64,000 bases of DNA, from positions 4,711 through 68,710 of the forward strand of contig DAOOPF010000002.1 of NCBI GenBank assembly GCA_035388125.1, given 5' to 3'. The position numbers and the translations under genes were made by a program. This stretch comes from a bacterium. GTDB taxonomy: Bacteria; Zhuqueibacterota; Zhuqueibacteria; Residuimicrobiales; Residuimicrobiaceae. The notes under the pieces are model-generated. The model searched no databases and had not been told where the DNA came from. It was given only the letters and a program-made list of their open reading frames with translations. Of the stretch, positions 46,372 to 59,366 are shown piece by piece (position 1 is the first letter of the stretch; every line of letters begins with the position of its first letter).

Positions 46372-46461
46372 GCCGGCAGAGCTGGCTGAGGCCACCTCCA
46401 TCGCCGCCCCTCAACTCCCGCGCCGGCGGGGAGGCCTCTCCATTCAGTTGAAATCTTGACT

Positions 46462-49830
<3,369 letters not shown>

Positions 49831-49881
49831 TTAATATATTTATCTAAATTTAGCTCTAATATTGCGGCGGATGCCAGCCTT

Positions 49882-50724
49882 ATGAAAACAGCGACCGTCA
49901 TGACGGCGAGCTTTCTCTTGCTCGCCCTCGCGACGCTGATGTGCACAAATAAAGAAGAGAAGAGCGTCGTCGCCCGCGTCGGTCAATCGGTACTCACCCT
50001 GCAGGATGTCCGGGAGCGAACACCCGGCGCCGGAACCACTGCGGCCAGAGCGCAGGCTGAACGCTATATCCAGCACTGGATCGAATCGGAACTCCTCTAC
50101 CAGGAGGCCCTGAAGAGCGGTGTGGATAAAGAGGCGGAAGTTCAGCGCGCGCTGAAAGAGATGAGCCGGAATTATATCATCACCGCCTTCTCCGAGCGGG
50201 CGGCCGGCGTGTCGGTTTCGGTCAGCGACGAAGAGATCGGGCGCTATTACCAGGAGCAGAAAGAAGAGTTCCAGGCGGAAGCGGATCTCTATCATGCTCT
50301 GGTCATTCTGGTGCAGAGCCAGAACGAGGCTCTACGGCTGCGCCGGGAGCTGATGGAGGGCGCCTCTTTCAGCGAGATCGCCAGCCGCCATTCGCTCGAC
50401 GGCAGCCGCTTCCAGGGCGGAGATCTGGGTTTTGTTCGACTGAGCGCCCTTTCACCCATGATCGCCCGCGCTGTGAGTTCGATGCAGCCGGGGAGCCTCT
50501 CGGCGCCGGTGAAATCTGAGCTGGGCTACAATCTCATCCGGCTCGTTGAAGTGCAGCGCAAAGGCACCACCCGCGCGCTTGAGGAGGTGCGCCCGGTCAT
50601 CGAGCAGCGTATCGCAGCGCGCAAGCAAGAGGTGGCGTTGCAGAACCTCATTTCTCGCCTCAGCAGCGAAGCCGCGCTTTACACGGACATGTCCAAACTA
50701 TCCAGCCTAACAGGGAAAGAATAA
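49882..50724 (+). CDS. Periplasmic PpiC-type peptidyl-prolyl isomerase (SurA/PrsA-like)
   Basis: A signal peptide [21 protein letters not shown] and a parvulin domain (YHALVILV...FQGGDLGFV...GYNLIRLVE). Confidence 0.75.
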   Translation: MKTATVMTASFLLLALATLMCTNKEEKSVVARVGQSVLTLQDVRERTPGAGTTAARAQAERYIQHWIESELLYQEALKSGVDKEAEVQRALKEMSRNYIITAFSERAAGVSVSVSDEEIGRYYQEQKEEFQAEADLYHALVILVQSQNEALRLRRELMEGASFSEIASRHSLDGSRFQGGDLGFVRLSALSPMIARAVSSMQPGSLSAPVKSELGYNLIRLVEVQRKGTTRALEEVRPVIEQRIAARKQEVALQNLISRLSSEAALYTDMSKLSSLTGKE

Positions 50725-50726
50725 CG

Positions 50727-52055
50727 ATGAAGTATATCAAGAAGGTGTTGCGTTTCACGGTCGGTGCCGGAGTAAGAGTTTTTCTCCTGCTGGCGCTCCT
50801 GCTGACCCAGCTGCAGGCGCAGCAGGTGCTCGACCGGATCCTTGCGGTGGTCGATGATGATGTGATCCTGGAATCCGAGGTCGCGCAGGGCGCCTACCTC
50901 ACGGCCATGCAGTACGGGATCGATCCGGCCAAGTCTCCGCGCGAATTCGCCCGGCTCAAGCAGGAGACCCTGACCAGCCTGATCAACCAGAAGATCCTGC
51001 TGGTGCAGGCGGACAAGGATACCGTCAAGGCGGATGAGCAGCAGGTTGAGCACTATCTTCAGCAGCAGATGCAGAGTGTGATCCAGCAGCTGGGCGGTGA
51101 GGAGCAGGTTGAGGAATATTTCGGCGCCTCCCTCACCAAGGTCCGGCGTAATTACCGGGAGGAGATCGAACGCAACCTGCGCATCCGCACAGTCCAATCC
51201 ACCAAGATGCAGGGGATAAAGATCAGTCGCCGTGAGGTGGAGGAGTTTTACAAGGTCTACAAGGATTCGATTGGTCCGGTCAAGGAAGCTTTCGACCTGA
51301 GCCACATCCTCATCAAGTCGATGCCCGGGGATGCAGCGCGCAAATCGGCTCTGGAGAAAACCGAGGCGCTGCGGCAGCGCATTCTGGCGGGCGAGGATTT
51401 CGCTGCGCTGGCGCGTGAAAACTCCGAGGATCCCGGTTCAGCCGCCCGCGGCGGGGATCTTGGTTTCATGTCGCGGGGCGAGTTTGTGCGCGACTTTGAG
51501 GAGGCGGCTTTCAAGCTTGAGCCGGGCGCTGTCAGCGAGGTGGTTCCGTCGCAATTCGGTTATCACATCATTCAGATGGTCGAGCGGCGGGGTGAAAAAA
51601 TTAACACCCGCCATATTCTCATCACCGCCAAGCCTTCGCGGGAGGATGAGGTGGCCGCGGCGGACACCATCAAGGCCATCGCAGCCCAATTGAAGCAGGG
51701 AGCGGATTTCGAACAACTGGTCCAGCGCTATTCGCAGGATGAAAACTCTAAAAACGAAAAGGGTCATCTTGGCTTTTTTGAGATCGACCAGCTGCGCGAG
51801 CGCGCCAAGGAACTGGTCTTCGCCACGACAGGGCTGAAGGAGGGTGAATACTCCGATCCGGTGCGGACCCAATACGGCTTTCACATCCTCCGCGTCAACC
51901 GCCGGGAAGAGGCGCGCGAACTGGATTTCAAGAAGGATTACGACCGGATCCAACGCCTCGCGCTCGACCGCAAAATGGCGCAGGCCTTCGATGCCTGGAT
52001 TGAGGAGCTCAAGCAGGACGTTCACGTCGAGATCAAGGACGCTCTGTCGAGCTGA
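50727..52055 (+). CDS. surA: SurA-like chaperone with two parvulin domains
   Basis: A signal peptide, a SurA N-domain ([18 protein letters not shown]), and two PPIase domains ([12 protein letters not shown]...FGYHIIQM; KGHLGFFE...YGFHILRV). Confidence 0.75.
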   Translation: MKYIKKVLRFTVGAGVRVFLLLALLLTQLQAQQVLDRILAVVDDDVILESEVAQGAYLTAMQYGIDPAKSPREFARLKQETLTSLINQKILLVQADKDTVKADEQQVEHYLQQQMQSVIQQLGGEEQVEEYFGASLTKVRRNYREEIERNLRIRTVQSTKMQGIKISRREVEEFYKVYKDSIGPVKEAFDLSHILIKSMPGDAARKSALEKTEALRQRILAGEDFAALARENSEDPGSAARGGDLGFMSRGEFVRDFEEAAFKLEPGAVSEVVPSQFGYHIIQMVERRGEKINTRHILITAKPSREDEVAAADTIKAIAAQLKQGADFEQLVQRYSQDENSKNEKGHLGFFEIDQLRERAKELVFATTGLKEGEYSDPVRTQYGFHILRVNRREEARELDFKKDYDRIQRLALDRKMAQAFDAWIEELKQDVHVEIKDALSS

Positions 52056-52137
52056 TGCGTGACCAACCGGATATCTCTCTTCACAAGTCGGCTCGAAACG
52101 GGCCGATTTTTTTTCCTGTCACAGGGAGGGGATGCGG

Positions 52138-52812
52138 ATGAACAAAACCAGCAAATGGGTGCTGCTGATCCTGGGCGCTGCGCTGCTGATGCCTTGCGAC
52201 CGGGGCTATCCGGACGCTTCGGAATTCACCATCGCCCGGCTCAAATATGGCGGGGGCGGGGACTGGTACAACGATCCCTCCAGTGTGCCCAACCTGCTCT
52301 CTTTTATTCGCGCCCACTCCGCGCTGGCTGCAGCGAAGGAGGAGGTCCATGTCTCCCTGCTGGACGACAAGCTTTTCGCCTACCCCGTCCTCTTCATGAC
52401 CGGCCATGGCAGGATTTCCTTCACCTCGCAGGAGGCCGCGCGGCTGCGGACCTATCTTACCAGTGGTGGCTTCCTCTTTGCCGATGATGACTATGGGATG
52501 GACGAGCACTTTCGCCGTGAAATCGGCAAGGTCCTGCCGGACCACGAGCTGCTCGAGGTGCCCTTTTCCCACCCGGTTTTCCGTTCACCTTTCTCCTTCC
52601 CCGAAGGTTTGCCCAAGACCCATGAACACGACGGCGGTGTGCCCCAGGCATTCGCCATCTTTCACGACGGAAGGATGGTCCTCTTTTACGCCTACAACTG
52701 CAACATATCCGACGGCTGGGCGGATCCGGAGGTCCATCACGATCCTCCCGATGTCCGTGAACAGGCCCTGCGGATGGGGATGAATATCATCGTTTACGCA
52801 TTGACGCATTGA
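52138..52812 (+). CDS. Secreted DUF4159-like protein
   Basis: Signal peptide MNKTSKWVLLILGAALLMPC, then ARLKYGGGGDWYNDPSSVPNLL and PVLFMTGHGRISFTSQEAARLRTYLTSGGFLFADDDYG. I recall these as DUF4159 hallmarks but did not verify that by search. The ATG at 52138 lies 6 nt after GGGAGGGG. Confidence 0.65.
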   Translation: MNKTSKWVLLILGAALLMPCDRGYPDASEFTIARLKYGGGGDWYNDPSSVPNLLSFIRAHSALAAAKEEVHVSLLDDKLFAYPVLFMTGHGRISFTSQEAARLRTYLTSGGFLFADDDYGMDEHFRREIGKVLPDHELLEVPFSHPVFRSPFSFPEGLPKTHEHDGGVPQAFAIFHDGRMVLFYAYNCNISDGWADPEVHHDPPDVREQALRMGMNIIVYALTH

Positions 52813-52834
52813 GCGGCAGGTGGTGGAGAGCGGT

Positions 52835-55800
52835 ATGCAGTATGAGGAATTGAAAAAGTTTTCCGTTTTCAGACAGGCGGAGAAGAAGCTGCGGCTCCGC
52901 GCTGCTCTGGCGAGATGGGCAACCCAGGCGCTTCTCCTGCTGCTGGCTCTGATCCTGCTGCATTCGCTGATCGCTCTGCCGCCGGCCGGCCGTTATTTTC
53001 TTCTGGCCCCCACCCTGCTGTTCCTCCTCTACTCCTGGCTGAAACATGTGCAGCGGCCGCTGGCCGACCGCTTTTTACACCCCAACCATCCCTCCCTGAA
53101 CAGCATCGCCTTGCGCATCGGCCGCGACTATCCGGAGCTGCAGGACCGGCTCGCCAATGCCCTGCAGATCTCCGCGCGGGCGGAAGAGGGCGAGGAGAGC
53201 GCGTCTCCCGAGCTGGTCAACGCTGTCCGCGCGGGCATCCCCTCTCTCCTGGACGGGATTGATCTGTCGCGTCATCTTGACCGCGTCCCCGCCCGCCGCT
53301 GGCTGCTGCGGCTGGCTGCTGCGGCCGCGCTCTTCATCCTCGTCTGGCTGCTCTTTCCAAAAACTCTTATGATCGGCCTGGAGCGCACCATCTATCCACG
53401 GCGGGACCTCTCCCGTCAGCTTGCGCTCGAATTCCGGGTTCAGCCCGGTGATGGCACGATTGTCCGCGGCGGTCCGGTCACCATCCGGGCATGGACTGAA
53501 ACCCTGCTCGTCGAGGATCTGCAGATCGCCATCGAACGTTTCGGCCGGCGCGAGCTTTTGCCCATGACCCGCGGCCGGAATGATACCTTCAGCTATGTCA
53601 TCCCCGCGCTGAGGGATTCCCTCTATTATCAGATTCTCTATCAAAAGTCGGCCAGCAACAAGTACCTGCTGCGGGTTGTGGATCTGCCGATGATCCGCTC
53701 GCTGCGTCTGCGTTTGCAGCCGCCGTCCTACAGCGGCGGGGAGCCGATCCTGCTGGAGGAGAATATCGGGGATGTCAGCGCCCTCAAGGGCACGCGTATT
53801 GAGTGGAATGCCGAGGCCAACAAACCCGTCGCGGAGGCGAGCCTCTGCTTCAGCTCTGGGCGGAGCCACCCGCTGAACATCACCGGCCGCCATCTCTCCA
53901 CTAACTTTATCCTGCGCGCCGAAGAGAGCTATTATGCTGAACTGAAAGACGGCAAAGGTCTGGCGAGCGAGAATCCGATCATCTATCATCTGCGTCTGCT
54001 CGCAGATCAGTATCCCTTTGTCCGCCTGCTCGCCCCGTCGGGCGATGTCGATCTGCGCGAGGATATGCGTCTTGCCCTCCTGATCCAGGCGCAGGATGAT
54101 TATGGCCTTTCGGGTCTCACCATCGGCTATCAGGTGGTCGAAGAGAACCGGACGGAGATCGATTCCAGCCGGTTCAACCGGATTGAACTGCCCCTCGGCC
54201 GCCCGGGGCAGGCCATCATCAACGTGGCCTATACCTGGGACCTCTCCGCCTCGCCCCTGCTGCCGGACCAGGCGCTCGTCTACTACGTCGAGGTCCGCGA
54301 TAACGATACGGTCAGTGGCCCGAAAGCGGCGCGGACCGATCTCTTCCGCGCACGCTTTCCATCGCTCTATGAGCTGTATGAGGAAGTGAACCAGGCGCAG
54401 GACGAGGCGATCTCCGGCCTGGAAGAAAATTACGAGCAGGGACTGGAGCTGAAGAAAAAGCTCGATGAACTGGCCCTGCAGCTCAAGCGCGCTGACGAAC
54501 TCTCCTGGCAGAAGAAGCAGGAGGTGGGGGATCTTTTAAAGCAGAAGGAGGAGTTGAAGCAGGAACTCGAGGAGATTGCCGAGCATCTGGATGAGATGGT
54601 CGAAAAGATGGAGGAGAACCAGCTGCTCTCGCCCGAGACCCTCAACAAATACCAGGAGCTGCAGGAACTCTATCGCGACATCATGACCCCCGAGCTGCAG
54701 AAGAGCATGGAAAAGGTTGCTGAGGCGATGCAAAAGATCGATCCCAGCCAGCTGCAGAAAGCCCTCGAGGAGTTCAAACTCACCGAGGAGGCCCTCAACA
54801 AAAGCCTGGACCGCACCCTCTCTCTCCTGAAGCGGCTCCGGATGGAGCAGCAGCTCGATCAGGCCATCCGCATGACTGAGGATCTGCAAAAGCGCGAGCA
54901 GGAGCTGGCGGAGAAGGCGATGCAGAACCAGGAGAGCGGGAGGGAAAAACTCGGGCAAGAACAGGAGGGGCTGCAGCAGGATTTGCAAAAGATGGAAGAG
55001 GCCATGGACGCCCTGCAAAAGGAGATGGGCAGCCAGCCTGGCATGCCTGAGGAGCAGGTGGCCGCCGCCCGCGACGAACTGGCCAAAGCCGGAATGCGCG
55101 AGCAGATGGAGGCCATGCAGGGGGCGATCGCGCAGGGGAATACCGGTCGCATGCAGGAGAGTTCGGAACGGATTCAGGCGGGTCTGGAAAAGAGCCGCCA
55201 GCAGCTGCAGCAGGCCAAGGATGCCCTCACCGGCGCCATGATGGAGCGGGCCATGCGCGCCCTGCAGCGGGGGACCCAAAGCCTGCTGACCCTGTCGCAG
55301 ATGCAGGAGGAGCTGCTGCGCAACTCCTCCGGGATGCCCCAGACCAGCGCTCGCGTGCCTGAGACCGCCGAGCGGCAGCAGCAGCTCTCCTCCAGTCTGG
55401 AGCGGGTCATCAACGATCTTTATGCGGCCTCCAAGGAGAGTTTTGGCATTTCGCCGCGCATCGGCAGGGCGCTTGGCCAGGCACAGCAGTCGATGCAGCA
55501 GGCCCTGCAGGGGCTGGAAAACCGCGACCTTGGCCAGGCTGGTCAGCAGCAGGGTCAAGCCATGGCCGGACTCAACGAGGCGGTGCTGCAGATGGATGCC
55601 GCCATGCAATCGATGGCCCAGGGTCAGGGCGCCGGGATGAGCATGAGCGAATTCATGCAGCAGATGCAGCAGTTGGCGGACGGTCAGGAAGGAGTCAATG
55701 CCCAAACGCTCAGTCTGAGTGGCGCGGGGGAAGCCCTCTCCCTCGCCCAGCAGGCGGCGATGTCCCGGCTCGCACAGCAGCAGGGGGGGATACGCAAATC

Positions 55801-56191
55801 CATGCAGCAGCTGGCCTCCGAGGCCTCCGGCCTCTCCGATCTCCTCGGCGATCTCGAGCACATCGGCGACGAGATGGAAAAGGTGGAGAAAGAGTTGGCC
55901 GGCCAGCGGGTGAATCGCAGCACCATTGCGCGTCAGAACCGGATCCTCTCGCGCATGCTCGATTATCAGCGATCGATGCGTGAACGCGAACAGAGTCAGC
56001 AGCGCAAGGCGGAGACCGGCAAGGAGTATCATCCCTCCAGCCCTTCGGAACTGCCCGGGGAGCTCGGTCAGCGGCGGGACCGGTTACAGCAGGATCTGCT
56101 CCGCGCCAAGGAGGAGGGCTATTCCAGGGATTATCTTGAACTGATCAGGCACTATTTTGAATCACTCGGACAACGTGAAGAAAAACGTTAA
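52835..56191 (+). CDS. Giant membrane-anchored protein: N-terminal TM helices, a beta-rich middle and a coiled-coil region of more than 500 aa rich in Q, E and M (DUF4175-like by recollection)
   Basis: TM segments are ATQALLLLLALILLHSLIALPPAGRYFLLAPTLLFLLYSWL and WLLRLAAAAALFILVWLLFP. The middle contains YYVEVRDNDTVSGPKAARTDLFRARFPSLYELYEE. A heptad-rich region begins around residue 520. The C-terminus is SRDYLELIRHYFESL. The start is the GTG at 52820 or the ATG at 52835. Confidence 0.7.
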   Translation: MQYEELKKFSVFRQAEKKLRLRAALARWATQALLLLLALILLHSLIALPPAGRYFLLAPTLLFLLYSWLKHVQRPLADRFLHPNHPSLNSIALRIGRDYPELQDRLANALQISARAEEGEESASPELVNAVRAGIPSLLDGIDLSRHLDRVPARRWLLRLAAAAALFILVWLLFPKTLMIGLERTIYPRRDLSRQLALEFRVQPGDGTIVRGGPVTIRAWTETLLVEDLQIAIERFGRRELLPMTRGRNDTFSYVIPALRDSLYYQILYQKSASNKYLLRVVDLPMIRSLRLRLQPPSYSGGEPILLEENIGDVSALKGTRIEWNAEANKPVAEASLCFSSGRSHPLNITGRHLSTNFILRAEESYYAELKDGKGLASENPIIYHLRLLADQYPFVRLLAPSGDVDLREDMRLALLIQAQDDYGLSGLTIGYQVVEENRTEIDSSRFNRIELPLGRPGQAIINVAYTWDLSASPLLPDQALVYYVEVRDNDTVSGPKAARTDLFRARFPSLYELYEEVNQAQDEAISGLEENYEQGLELKKKLDELALQLKRADELSWQKKQEVGDLLKQKEELKQELEEIAEHLDEMVEKMEENQLLSPETLNKYQELQELYRDIMTPELQKSMEKVAEAMQKIDPSQLQKALEEFKLTEEALNKSLDRTLSLLKRLRMEQQLDQAIRMTEDLQKREQELAEKAMQNQESGREKLGQEQEGLQQDLQKMEEAMDALQKEMGSQPGMPEEQVAAARDELAKAGMREQMEAMQGAIAQGNTGRMQESSERIQAGLEKSRQQLQQAKDALTGAMMERAMRALQRGTQSLLTLSQMQEELLRNSSGMPQTSARVPETAERQQQLSSSLERVINDLYAASKESFGISPRIGRALGQAQQSMQQALQGLENRDLGQAGQQQGQAMAGLNEAVLQMDAAMQSMAQGQGAGMSMSEFMQQMQQLADGQEGVNAQTLSLSGAGEALSLAQQAAMSRLAQQQGGIRKSMQQLASEASGLSDLLGDLEHIGDEMEKVEKELAGQRVNRSTIARQNRILSRMLDYQRSMREREQSQQRKAETGKEYHPSSPSELPGELGQRRDRLQQDLLRAKEEGYSRDYLELIRHYFESLGQREEKR

Positions 56192-58025
56192 ATATCTGCT
56201 GTTGACTGCCGGACTCCTGGTGGCTCTCTCAAATACAGCCGCGCAGGAGAAGCGGCCGGGAGATCAGGAACTTCGCATCCTCCAGCAGCGGGCGCAGCAG
56301 ATGGAGGTCGCGGGCCGTCACGATCAGGCGGGCGAACTTTACGGCCGGGTGGCGAGAATGCTGCCGCCGCCGCAAAATCTCAACGCCTATGCCGGTGCGC
56401 GGCGCTGCTATGAGCGCAGCAAGGATTTGGACAGCTGGGAGACGCTGATCCACGACCTCCAGACCAGACAGCGCACCCTGCCCTTTCAGGCCGATCTCGC
56501 CGAGATCGCCCACCTGCGCGGCGACCGGGAGGGGGCTCTCCGGAAGTGGAAAGAAATCATCGATGACAATCCCCAGGAGGAGCAGGCCTACAAGCTGACC
56601 GGTGCGGCGCTGCAAAAGTACTACCTGTATGATGAGGCCGAGAATGTCTATCTGCGCGGGCGCAAGGCTTTCAAGGATCCGCAGCACTTTTTCTTCGAGC
56701 TGGTACATCTCTATCAGGAGCAGGGCGATTTCGCCCGCATGACGGACGAGTACCTGGTCTATCTCCAGAAAAACAACGGTCAGCTCGGCTACGTGCAGAC
56801 GCAGCTGCTTGCCGCCGGGGATGAGCCCGAAGCGGTCCGCCTGATCGCCGGGAGCATCGAACGCGCCATGAAATCGTCTGCAGATTTGCGTCCCCTGGGC
56901 TGCCAGCTGCTCGGTGCGCTCTTTACGCAGTCCCGCGATTATAATAAAGCCCTGCGCTGCTATGAAGAGCTCGAGGAGGCGGCGCGGAGCAGAAACCCTG
57001 CGGAGGTCGGGCAGTTCTACTACACCTTTGCCCTGGCCGCCATGAGCGATGGCGCGCTGCCCGAAGCGAGAGCGGCGCTGGAGGCCCTGGTCAAGCAGGC
57101 GGGGCCGAAGAGTCCGCACCGGGTTCATGCCGCCTTTGCGCTCGCCCAGCTTCTGGAAAGGGAGGCGTCCTATTCCCAGGCCCTGGCCGCTTACGAGTCC
57201 TTCATCCGGAGCTATCCCGACTGGCCGGAAACCCCTGACCTCTATCTGCGGGTGGGGTCGCTCCATCTTGACCGCTTTTTCAATCCGGCGGCCGCTGATT
57301 CGGTATACCAGCGTCTTTTACAGCGCCCGCATCTGCCGGTCTCCTATCGCCTCCTCGCCCTGCAAAAGCGGGCCGAGTGTGCCATCGCGGCGGGAGATGT
57401 GCGCGCCGCGGAGAGGTTTCTCTCCATGGTCCACAGGGAGACCCCGGCCGGGTATGGCCGTCAGCGGCAGGCCGACCTCATGCTCGTACAGATCGATCTG
57501 TTTGAAGGAAGGCCCGGCCGCGCGCTGCAAAAGCTGGAGAAGCTGATCGGAGAGGCTGGAGGAGGGGGCGAGACGAAAGCCGATACGGTGCAGAACAATC
57601 TGCTCGATCTCTATCTTCTGCTGCGCGGCAGCCGGCAGGATTCTCTGGGGCTGATCCGCTTCGGCAAGGCTTTGTGGCTGCAGCGCCAGCGCAGCCATGC
57701 CGCGGCTTTCGACACCCTGGCGGCTCTTCTGGGCGGCTCCGGCAAGGGCGCGCTGGCCGAACGGGCGCGTTTTATGCAGGTTGATCTTTTACGCAAAATG
57801 GAACGTCTCCCCGAAGCCCTCGCGATCAGCGCTGCTTTGGCGGCGGACAGCACCGGACTGGCTCCGGATCTCGCCCTGATGACGATGGCCGCTCTTCATG
57901 AGGAGTCGAATGAACCGGAAAAGGCCCGGCAATTTTATGAAAGTTTTCTGGAAAAATATCCGGAAAGTATCTATATTGAACAGGTGAGAGGTCACATCCG
58001 CCGCCTTGAAGCGCGCAGCCGGTGA
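56157..58025 (+). CDS. Secreted TPR-repeat protein
   Basis: Signal peptide KYLLLTAGLLVALSNTAAQ followed by multiple TPR-like helical pairs along 622 aa. It overlaps the upstream gene by 35 nt at the longest start. Confidence 0.7.
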   Translation: MNHSDNVKKNVKYLLLTAGLLVALSNTAAQEKRPGDQELRILQQRAQQMEVAGRHDQAGELYGRVARMLPPPQNLNAYAGARRCYERSKDLDSWETLIHDLQTRQRTLPFQADLAEIAHLRGDREGALRKWKEIIDDNPQEEQAYKLTGAALQKYYLYDEAENVYLRGRKAFKDPQHFFFELVHLYQEQGDFARMTDEYLVYLQKNNGQLGYVQTQLLAAGDEPEAVRLIAGSIERAMKSSADLRPLGCQLLGALFTQSRDYNKALRCYEELEEAARSRNPAEVGQFYYTFALAAMSDGALPEARAALEALVKQAGPKSPHRVHAAFALAQLLEREASYSQALAAYESFIRSYPDWPETPDLYLRVGSLHLDRFFNPAAADSVYQRLLQRPHLPVSYRLLALQKRAECAIAAGDVRAAERFLSMVHRETPAGYGRQRQADLMLVQIDLFEGRPGRALQKLEKLIGEAGGGGETKADTVQNNLLDLYLLLRGSRQDSLGLIRFGKALWLQRQRSHAAAFDTLAALLGGSGKGALAERARFMQVDLLRKMERLPEALAISAALAADSTGLAPDLALMTMAALHEESNEPEKARQFYESFLEKYPESIYIEQVRGHIRRLEARSR

Positions 58026-58048
58026 AACCTCTCGGGAGCGGGGCAAAA

Positions 58049-59305
58049 ATGCGCAAACTGTTATTCCTGATATTGTGGTTCTTCTCCTCTGCGGCCTTCG
58101 GCCAGCAGCTGCTGGTCTATATGGACCTCAGGCAGGAGAACCACCTCAAGGCTTATGGTCTTGCCTATTGGGTACTGGATCACGGCGTTGAGGTGGAATG
58201 GCTGCTCAACTACCGCGGCGGCTCTTTTATGATGGCCTACTCGGCGGCGACCGAAAGAGAACTGCGGGTGCGAGGGGTCTCCTATGCCACCCTTTCGGGC
58301 GCGGAGGTGAGCGCCATTTACGCCGAGATCGATCGCGAAAACATGGAGGTCGTCAAGCTCGAAAAAGCTCCGGCCGTGGCGGTCTATGCCCCGCCCAACA
58401 AGCAGGCCTGGGATGACGCTGTGCTCATGGCGCTCGATTACGCCGAGATTCCCTATACCGTGCTCTGGGATGAAGAGGTGGTCCGCGGCGAGCTGCAGAA
58501 ATATGACTGGCTGCATCTTCATCACGAGGATTTCACGGGCCAGTATGGCAAGTTCTATGCGAGTTACCGGAATGCCGACTGGTACAGGGATGAGGTGCGA
58601 AAGAACGAGACGATGGCGCGCAAACTGGGATTTGCCAAGGTCTCGGAGCTGAAGCGGGCGGTGGCTCACAGCATTCGCGATTTTGTCGCTGCCGGCGGGT
58701 TCCTCTTTGCCATGTGCTCGGCGACGGATTCATACGAGATCGCCCTGGCCGCCAGCAAGGTGGATATCGTCGACGCCCTCTTTGACGGCGATCCCATCGA
58801 AGCGGGCGCACAGCTCAAACTTGATTACACGCAAACCTTCGCCTTTGAGAATTTCAAGATCGAGACCAATCCCATGGTCTACGAATATTCCGATATCGAT
58901 GTGCCTCCCTCCTACGCTCCGGTCTCGCGTGGTGCCGAAGGGGACTATTTTACGCTTTTCGAATTCTCCGCCAAGTACGATCCCGTACCGACGATGCTGA
59001 CGCAGAACCATGTCGCCGCCATCAAGGGATTCATGGGGCAGACGACGGGATTTCAGAAACGGCTGGTAAAAAAGAGTGTCACCATTATGGGAGAAGCCGA
59101 AGGTACCGACCAGGTCAAATATCTGCGCGGCAATTTCGGGCGCGGCACCTTCAGTTACCTCGCCGGCCACGATCCGGAGGATTTTCAGCATTTTGTCAAC
59201 GATCCACCCACGCAGCTGGCGCTCCATAAAAATTCGCCCGGATACCGGTTGATCCTGAACAACATTCTTTTTCCGGCTGCGCGCAAGAAAGAGCTCAAGA
59301 CCTGA
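58049..59305 (+). CDS. Secreted protein of unknown function with a GATase1/ThuA-like core (by recollection, a family often mislabelled asparagine synthetase B)
   Basis: Signal peptide MRKLLFLILWFFSSAAFGQQ, then LLVYMDLRQENHLKAYGLAYWVL, WLHLHHEDFTGQYGKF, AAGGFLFAMCSATDSYEIALAA, PGYRLILNNILFPAARKKELKT. Confidence 0.65.
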   Translation: MRKLLFLILWFFSSAAFGQQLLVYMDLRQENHLKAYGLAYWVLDHGVEVEWLLNYRGGSFMMAYSAATERELRVRGVSYATLSGAEVSAIYAEIDRENMEVVKLEKAPAVAVYAPPNKQAWDDAVLMALDYAEIPYTVLWDEEVVRGELQKYDWLHLHHEDFTGQYGKFYASYRNADWYRDEVRKNETMARKLGFAKVSELKRAVAHSIRDFVAAGGFLFAMCSATDSYEIALAASKVDIVDALFDGDPIEAGAQLKLDYTQTFAFENFKIETNPMVYEYSDIDVPPSYAPVSRGAEGDYFTLFEFSAKYDPVPTMLTQNHVAAIKGFMGQTTGFQKRLVKKSVTIMGEAEGTDQVKYLRGNFGRGTFSYLAGHDPEDFQHFVNDPPTQLALHKNSPGYRLILNNILFPAARKKELKT

Positions 59306-59366
59306 CCTCTCCCCCGCAAGCTGCGGAGTTATCATCGGCCGCCGGGTTTACCAATTCAGATGAGGG

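Noticed and set aside
44707-46401. 564-aa minus-strand ORF opposite rsmG and murQ
   Set aside because: It is antisense to two well-supported genes, and its composition (runs of G, A, R, D, L) is not protein-like.
54536-56032. 498-aa minus-strand ORF opposite the coiled-coil region of the giant protein
   Set aside because: It is the mirror image of repetitive CAG/GAG/CTG-rich coding sequence (L-, H- and Q-rich). It has no start context, and the sense frame is continuous with a coherent 1123-aa protein.
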